Positions 58,949 through 64,000 of a stretch of 64,000 nt of DNA are shown here, one piece after another; the first letter of the stretch is position 1, and the number at the start of each line of letters is the position of its first letter. The stretch lies in contig CAYYVJ010000001.1 in the NCBI GenBank assembly GCA_964475115.1, positions 8,809 to 72,808 of the forward strand. The letters are read 5' to 3'. The DNA is from an uncultured Lachnospiraceae bacterium (GTDB lineage Bacteria; Bacillota; Clostridia; Lachnospirales; Lachnospiraceae). The translations under genes were made by a program, and so were the position numbers. The notes beneath the pieces were generated by a model. That model saw only the letters and a program-made list of their open reading frames with translations. It did not search any database and was not told the DNA's origin.

Positions 58949-59863
58949 ATGAAGAAACCAATTTTAGTAATTATGGCGGCAGGAATGGGCAGTCGCTATG
59001 GAGGGCAAAAACAAATTGATCCTATTGATGAACAAGGACACATTATAATAGATTTTTCTATTTATGATGCGATAGCGGCAGGATTTAGAAAAGTTATATT
59101 TGTAATTAAAGAGGAAAACAGGGAAGTTTTTCATTCAGCTATAGGCTATAGGGTAGAAAAACATGTAGAAATAGAATATGTCTATCAAGATATTTTCAAT
59201 ATACCAAAAGGATATAAGGTACCAGAAGGTAGAGTGAAGCCTTGGGGGACTGGACACGCAATCTTAAGTTGTATTAAGGCAATCAGTGGGCCATTTGCAG
59301 TCATTAATGCAGATGATTACTATGGAAAAAGTGCATTTAGAGTAATGTATGATTATTTATCTACTCATCAAGATTCTGATCAATATAAATATGCCATGGT
59401 AGGATATGATGTAGAAAATACATTAACAGAAAATGGATTTGTATCTAGAGGAGTTTGTGAAGTCGATAAGGATAATAATTTAGTGACGATAAATGAACGA
59501 ACACACATTGAAAAGAGAAACGATAAAGCTGCCTATACAGAAGATGGTATAAATTTTCTTGACATTGAAAAAGGTACAAAGGTATCTATGAATTTCTGGG
59601 GATTTACCAATAGTATCCTAACTGAATTGGATATGAAGTTTTCTGAATTTTTAAAGGAAAATCTAGATATGAATCCCTTAAAGAGTGAGTTTTATATTCC
59701 CTCTGTTGTAGATGAACTTATTAAAGAGAACAAGGCAGAGGTAAAAGTTCTTGAATCAGCAGATAGGTGGTACGGAGTTACCTATAAAGAAGATAAAGAA
59801 CAAGTAGTGAAAGCAATTAAAAATTTAAAAGAAATGGGATTATATCCAGAAAATCTATTCTAA
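58949..59863 (+). CDS. Sugar-phosphate nucleotidyltransferase family protein
   Basis: N-terminal MAAGMGSRYGG nucleotide-binding loop. It is adjacent to and co-oriented with galE. Confidence 0.65.
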   Translation: MKKPILVIMAAGMGSRYGGQKQIDPIDEQGHIIIDFSIYDAIAAGFRKVIFVIKEENREVFHSAIGYRVEKHVEIEYVYQDIFNIPKGYKVPEGRVKPWGTGHAILSCIKAISGPFAVINADDYYGKSAFRVMYDYLSTHQDSDQYKYAMVGYDVENTLTENGFVSRGVCEVDKDNNLVTINERTHIEKRNDKAAYTEDGINFLDIEKGTKVSMNFWGFTNSILTELDMKFSEFLKENLDMNPLKSEFYIPSVVDELIKENKAEVKVLESADRWYGVTYKEDKEQVVKAIKNLKEMGLYPENLF

Positions 59864-59897
59864 CATAATTGAAAAACCATAATAGGAGGACATGAAA

Positions 59898-60911
59898 ATG
59901 GCAATATTAGTAACGGGTGGAGCAGGTTATATTGGAAGTCATACTTGCGTAGAACTATTAAATGAAGGATACGAAGTGGTTGTAGTTGATAATTTATCTA
60001 ATTCTAGCGAAAAGTCTTTAGAAAGAATAGAAGAAATCACTGGTAAGAAGCTAACTTTTTATAAAGTAGATTTAAGAGACAAAGATTTATTGTTTGAAAT
60101 ATTTGAGAAAGAAAAGGTGGAGGCAGTCATTCATTTTGCTGGACTAAAAGCTGTAGGGGAATCAGTAAGAAAGCCTTTGGAATATTACGATAACAATATA
60201 GTAGGAACTTTAAATTTATGTGAGGCTATGAAAAAATATGACTGTAAAAATGTTGTATTCAGTTCATCAGCTACTGTATACGGAGACCCCCATGCGGTTC
60301 CTATTGTGGAAAATTTCCCACTATCTGCTACTAATCCTTATGGTAGAACAAAACTTATGCTGGAAGAAATTTTACAAGATTTACATGTATCAGACTCTGA
60401 GTGGAATGTAATATTATTGCGTTATTTTAATCCTATTGGAGCTCATAAGAGTGGTAGAATTGGAGAAAATCCAAAAGGAATCCCCAATAATTTACTACCT
60501 TACATAACACAAGTTGCAGTGGGCAAATTGGAAAAATTGGGAATTTTTGGAAATGACTACAATACCCCAGATGGCACTTGTATTAGGGATTATATACATG
60601 TAGTAGACTTGGCATTAGGTCATGTGAAAGCGATTGAAAAATTAAAAGAAAATAAAGGCGTTCTTGTTTATAATCTAGGTACGGGAATCGGTTATAGTGT
60701 CCTAGAGGTAATCGGAGCATTCGAGAAAGCTTCTGGTATAAAAATAGATCACGAATTTCAAGCACGTCGAGTTGGTGACATAGCCAAATGTTATGCTGAT
60801 GCAAGCTTGGCAAAAAAGGAATTGAACTGGGTTGCTAATTTAGGAATTGAGGAGATGTGTGAAGATTCTTGGAGATGGCAAAGTAATAACCCAAATGGAT
60901 ATGAAGAATAG
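59898..60911 (+). CDS. galE: UDP-glucose 4-epimerase
   Basis: VTGGAGYIGSH, SSSATVYG, YGRTK, RYFNP. The ATG at 59898 is 8 nt after GGAGG. Confidence 0.92.
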   Translation: MAILVTGGAGYIGSHTCVELLNEGYEVVVVDNLSNSSEKSLERIEEITGKKLTFYKVDLRDKDLLFEIFEKEKVEAVIHFAGLKAVGESVRKPLEYYDNNIVGTLNLCEAMKKYDCKNVVFSSSATVYGDPHAVPIVENFPLSATNPYGRTKLMLEEILQDLHVSDSEWNVILLRYFNPIGAHKSGRIGENPKGIPNNLLPYITQVAVGKLEKLGIFGNDYNTPDGTCIRDYIHVVDLALGHVKAIEKLKENKGVLVYNLGTGIGYSVLEVIGAFEKASGIKIDHEFQARRVGDIAKCYADASLAKKELNWVANLGIEEMCEDSWRWQSNNPNGYEE

Positions 60912-60942
60912 AGAAAAATCGTCAAAAAAGGAGAGGTAGATT

Positions 60943-61131
60943 ATGGATTATTTAGATAAGGTACTATCATCAGTAAATAATAATGTAGAAGAAGCTCTTA
61001 AAGAATTAGAAGAAGTTAATAAAAATGCTCAAAATGAAGACTTAAAACATATATGTGAGAAGTTAAAAGATGTGATTGCTCAAATTAATGGACTAGAAAC
61101 TGCCATTGACTTCAATGAACCTATGCTATAA
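60943..61131 (+). CDS. Hypothetical 62-aa helical protein
   Basis: AAAGGAGAGG lies upstream of the ATG. The sequence is charged and coiled-coil-like, with no known motif. Confidence 0.45.
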   Translation: MDYLDKVLSSVNNNVEEALKELEEVNKNAQNEDLKHICEKLKDVIAQINGLETAIDFNEPML

Positions 61132-61176
61132 AATGAAACATGGACTGTAGGCCGTTTGTTGGTTTACAAGGAGGAT

Positions 61177-62088
61177 ATGGTGAAAAAACTTTTATTTATT
61201 ATAAATCCCAAGTCTGGAAAAGGACAAATCAAGAATCATTTGTTGCATATTATAGATATGTTTGTAAAGAATGACTATGATGTGACAGTATATATAACTC
61301 AAGTTATGTTAGATGCTAAAAACAAAGTTTTAGCAGAAGGCTATCAGTATGACTTGATTGTATGTAGTGGTGGTGACGGTACATTAAATGAAGTAGTGTC
61401 AGGGATTATGGAAATAAAGATTCCTATTCCAGTAGGATATATACCTGCTGGTTCTACGAATGACTTTGCTAGTAGTCTTCATCTGCCTAAAAATATGAAG
61501 AAAGCTGCAGAAATTGCTATGAAAGGAACACCTTTCCTATGCGATGTAGGTTTGTTTAATGACCGATATTTTAACTATGTTGCTGCATTTGGTGCATTTA
61601 CCATAGTATCCTATGCTACATCTCAACAAATGAAAAATGTTTTGGGCCATCAGGCTTATATTTTAGAGGCAATGAAACGATTTAGTTCAATCAAAGCTTC
61701 TCATATGATATTTTCCTGTGAATCACCGAGTGATTCACAGTGTAAAAAGCATGTGGTTGAAGGTGATTTTATATTTGGTATGATAACCAATTCTAGTTCG
61801 GTAGGAGGATTTAAAGGTATAATAGGTCAGCCAGTTTATTTGGATGATGGTTTATTCGAAGTAACTCTGATTCAAAAACCTAAAAATGCCATAGATATGC
61901 AAGAGATATTGGCAGCATTAATTATGGTAGAAGCAAAATCTGATAGTGTTCACGTATTTAAAACTTCTAAACTAAAAATTTCTTCTCCTGAAGAGATTGC
62001 ATGGGTATTAGATGGTGAATATGGTGGAACTCCAAACACTATAACCATAGAAAATTGTAAACAAGCTCTAAAAATAATCTGTGCATAA
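61177..62088 (+). CDS. Diacylglycerol kinase-family lipid kinase (YegS/BmrU type)
   Basis: LLFIINPKSGKG and SGGDGTLNEV motifs. The start is ATG 61177 or GTG 61180, after AAGGAGG. Confidence 0.8.
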   Translation: MVKKLLFIINPKSGKGQIKNHLLHIIDMFVKNDYDVTVYITQVMLDAKNKVLAEGYQYDLIVCSGGDGTLNEVVSGIMEIKIPIPVGYIPAGSTNDFASSLHLPKNMKKAAEIAMKGTPFLCDVGLFNDRYFNYVAAFGAFTIVSYATSQQMKNVLGHQAYILEAMKRFSSIKASHMIFSCESPSDSQCKKHVVEGDFIFGMITNSSSVGGFKGIIGQPVYLDDGLFEVTLIQKPKNAIDMQEILAALIMVEAKSDSVHVFKTSKLKISSPEEIAWVLDGEYGGTPNTITIENCKQALKIICA

Positions 62089-62168
62089 TATTTGACTTGC
62101 CGAGGTTCGTGATTATGTGTATAATGTAAACTTGTGTTAAAAGTGTGTAAGTAAAAGGAGAAATATAA

Positions 62169-62192
62169 ATGGAAAGGATAGTTTTTACGTGA
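62169..62192 (+). other. 7-codon upstream ORF (MERIVFT) overlapping the sigA start
   Basis: AAAGGAG (62154-60) lies 8 nt upstream of the ATG at 62169. Its TGA stop (62190-92) overlaps the sigA GTG (62189-91) as GTGA. Confidence 0.35.
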
Positions 62193-63313
62193 GAAATGAG
62201 CAAGATAATTTTCTAGAGAAGTTAAATAAGTTGGTAGAGTTGGGACATAATAAAAAAGGAGTATTAGAGATTGAAGAAATTAATACCTTTTTTAAAGAAG
62301 TTACGTTATCTGTGGAACAGCTTGAGAGTATCTACCAATATTTAGAAGAGCATAAGATAGATGTTTTAAGAGTTGTAGATAATGAGTTGTTTTTAGGTGA
62401 AGATCTTGTCTCAGAAAAAGATGACGAAGATGAAGATGAAGATGATGGAATCGATATGGATGCCATAGAGTTATTAGATGGCATTGGAACAGAAGATCCT
62501 GTTAGAATGTATTTAAAAGAAATAGGTACGGTATCTTTATTAACTGCAGAAGAAGAACTAGAACTTTCTAAAAGAAAGGCCGCTGGAGATTTACATGCGA
62601 AAGAAAGATTAGTAGAAGCAAACTTAAGATTGGTAGTAAGTATTGCAAAAAGATATACTGGACGTGGAATGAGCTTTTTAGATTTAGTACAAGAAGGAAA
62701 CTTGGGATTAATTAAAGGCGTAGAAAAGTTTGATTACGAAAAAGGTTTTAAATTAAGTACATATGCTACTTGGTGGATTAGACAGTCTGTTACAAGAGCA
62801 TTGGCAGATCAAGCTAGAACGATACGTGTCCCTGTTCATATGGTAGAAACAATAAATAAAATGTCAAAAATGCAGAGAAAGCTTACCCTAGAGTTAGGAT
62901 ATGAACCATCAACCCTAGAATTAGCGGAAGCACTTGATATGACAGAAGAAAAAGTAATTGAGATTATGCAGATAGCAAGAGAGCCAGCTTCCTTAGAGAC
63001 ACCTATTGGTGAAGAGGATGATTCAAGTTTAGGAGATTTTGTGGCAGATAATAATATTGTAACTCCTGAAGGTAATATTGAGTCAGTTATGCTGAGAGAA
63101 CATATAGATACTTTGCTGGAAGATTTAAAAGAAAGAGAAAAGCAAGTAATTGTTTTAAGATTTGGTCTAATCGATGGACATCCAAGAACCTTAGAAGAAG
63201 TCGGAAAGGTGTTCAATGTTACAAGAGAACGTATTCGACAAATAGAGGCTAAGGCACTCAGGAAACTAAGAAATCCAGTTAGAAGTAAGAAAATCAAAGA
63301 CTTTTTACAATAA
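62189..63313 (+). CDS. sigA: Primary (group 1) RNA polymerase sigma factor
   Basis: Acidic region 1, [20 protein letters not shown], and region 4 [30 protein letters not shown] is the first in-frame start after a TAA at 62138. Confidence 0.9.
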   Translation: MRNEQDNFLEKLNKLVELGHNKKGVLEIEEINTFFKEVTLSVEQLESIYQYLEEHKIDVLRVVDNELFLGEDLVSEKDDEDEDEDDGIDMDAIELLDGIGTEDPVRMYLKEIGTVSLLTAEEELELSKRKAAGDLHAKERLVEANLRLVVSIAKRYTGRGMSFLDLVQEGNLGLIKGVEKFDYEKGFKLSTYATWWIRQSVTRALADQARTIRVPVHMVETINKMSKMQRKLTLELGYEPSTLELAEALDMTEEKVIEIMQIAREPASLETPIGEEDDSSLGDFVADNNIVTPEGNIESVMLREHIDTLLEDLKEREKQVIVLRFGLIDGHPRTLEEVGKVFNVTRERIRQIEAKALRKLRNPVRSKKIKDFLQ

Positions 63314-63319
63314 AAATTA

Positions 63320-63346
63320 GAATGAATCGGTATACCGGTTCATTTT
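63320..63346 (+). terminator. Terminator after sigA
   Basis: AATGAATCGG-tata-CCGGTTCATT (one G-T pair) followed by TT. Confidence 0.65.
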
Positions 63347-63408
63347 CTAAATCCTAGACATTTTACTTGGATACATAGGAAGAAAAAAAGGAAAGACGAG
63401 TGTATAAA

Positions 63409-64000
63409 ATGTATAAAACTATAAACAAGAACAAGATTAAGTATCTAGCTTCTTTTGGGTTACTTTTAGCTTCTATAATCTGGGGAGGTGCCTATGTTGC
63501 GGTAATGTCTTCTTTGGATATGATTCCTCCGCTGTACGTAATGGCAATTCGTTTTACCATTGCCTTAATTGGTCTATCCCTTGTGTTTTTTAAGAGATTA
63601 AAGAAAATAACAAAAGGAGATTTGATTGCTGGAATCGTCCTTGGAGTATTAATGTTTATAAGCTATATATTTCAAACCTACGGTTTAAAATATACAACGG
63701 CTAGTAAAAATGCATTTTTAACAACGTCTTATGTAGTTATGGTTCCATTTTTAAATTGGATGATTAGCAGGAAGAAACCAGATTCTTATGGTATATTTGC
63801 CGCATTTTTAGCAATTGTAGGTATAGGATTTTTATCTCTACAGGGTGACATGTCTATTAATCCAGGAGATTTATTAACACTAATGTGCGGGGTATTCTTT
63901 GCACTACATTTGATTTATATAGATCGTTTTACAGTGAAAAGCGATCCTATTATATTAACTGTTTTGCAGATTGGTGTATCTGGTATACTCTCTTGGATTT
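63409..64000 (+). CDS. EamA/DMT-family transporter, truncated by the window edge
   Basis: Hand translation gives MYKTINKNKIKYLASFGLLLASIIWGGAYVAV...FQTYGLKYTTASKNAFL, typical of an EamA domain. It runs off the window, so it is not in the ORF track. Confidence 0.75.
   Translation, partial: MYKTINKNKIKYLASFGLLLASIIWGGAYVAVMSSLDMIPPLYVMAIRFTIALIGLSLVFFKRLKKITKGDLIAGIVLGVLMFISYIFQTYGLKYTTASKNAFLTTSYVVMVPFLNWMISRKKPDSYGIFAAFLAIVGIGFLSLQGDMSINPGDLLTLMCGVFFALHLIYIDRFTVKSDPIILTVLQIGVSGILSWI

Noticed and set aside
62836-63297. 153-aa ORF antisense to sigA
   Set aside because: It is embedded in the most conserved part of sigA (regions 3-4). It is Ser/Leu-rich, which is an antisense artefact.
1-64000. 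CRISPR arrays, tandem repeats, IS elements, toxin-antitoxin or defence islands
   Set aside because: Reading both strands, I found no spaced direct repeats, no transposase or integrase-like ORFs, and no cluster of uncharacterised genes larger than two. The window is core-genome in character.

Overview
This is a low-GC Firmicutes/Clostridia-type chromosomal window from a spore-former (cotJABC and a SpoIID-domain gene are present). It is almost fully coding: about 62 protein genes, one tRNA and one candidate small RNA. The content is overwhelmingly core housekeeping. Left to right it holds a partial ABC-F ATPase, a GGDEF-EAL protein, the livJHMGF branched-chain amino-acid ABC operon (minus strand) and a BtuE-like peroxidase. 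Next come tRNA-Glu(CUC), two orphan papain-fold hydrolase genes, galM, a second GGDEF-EAL protein, topB and an alanine/cation symporter. These are followed by a candidate 6S RNA, a SpoIID-domain protein and the conserved recJ-apt-relA-hemZ-hisS-aspS block, which is interrupted by a small pectin-utilisation module. The right half holds glyA, aroC, tgt-yajC, leuB-ilvD-ilvB, serC-serA-DUF1015, an aldo/keto reductase, sfsA and an orphan holin-like gene. It ends with cotJABC, a peroxidase-ohrR pair, luxS, an M24 aminopeptidase, mutY, a nucleotidyltransferase-galE pair, a DAG-kinase-like gene, sigA and a partial EamA transporter. I saw no transposase, integrase, CRISPR array, restriction or toxin module, or large uncharacterised gene cluster, so I cannot support a claim of a novel multi-gene system here. 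The best leads are small-scale. They are a stand-alone promoter-to-terminator RNA unit that looks like 6S RNA, and an OhrR regulator paired with a Cys-type glutathione-peroxidase homologue and flanked by OhrR-like boxes. Others are an unannotated 26-codon gene with full expression signals beside an orphan holin, a 7-codon uORF overlapping the sigA GTG start, and palindromes upstream of aroC and downstream of apt. The serC-serA-DUF1015 linkage is also worth a look. Many ORF-track starts are over-extended, so I give the RBS-supported starts. All homology calls come from motif recognition by eye, not from database searches.
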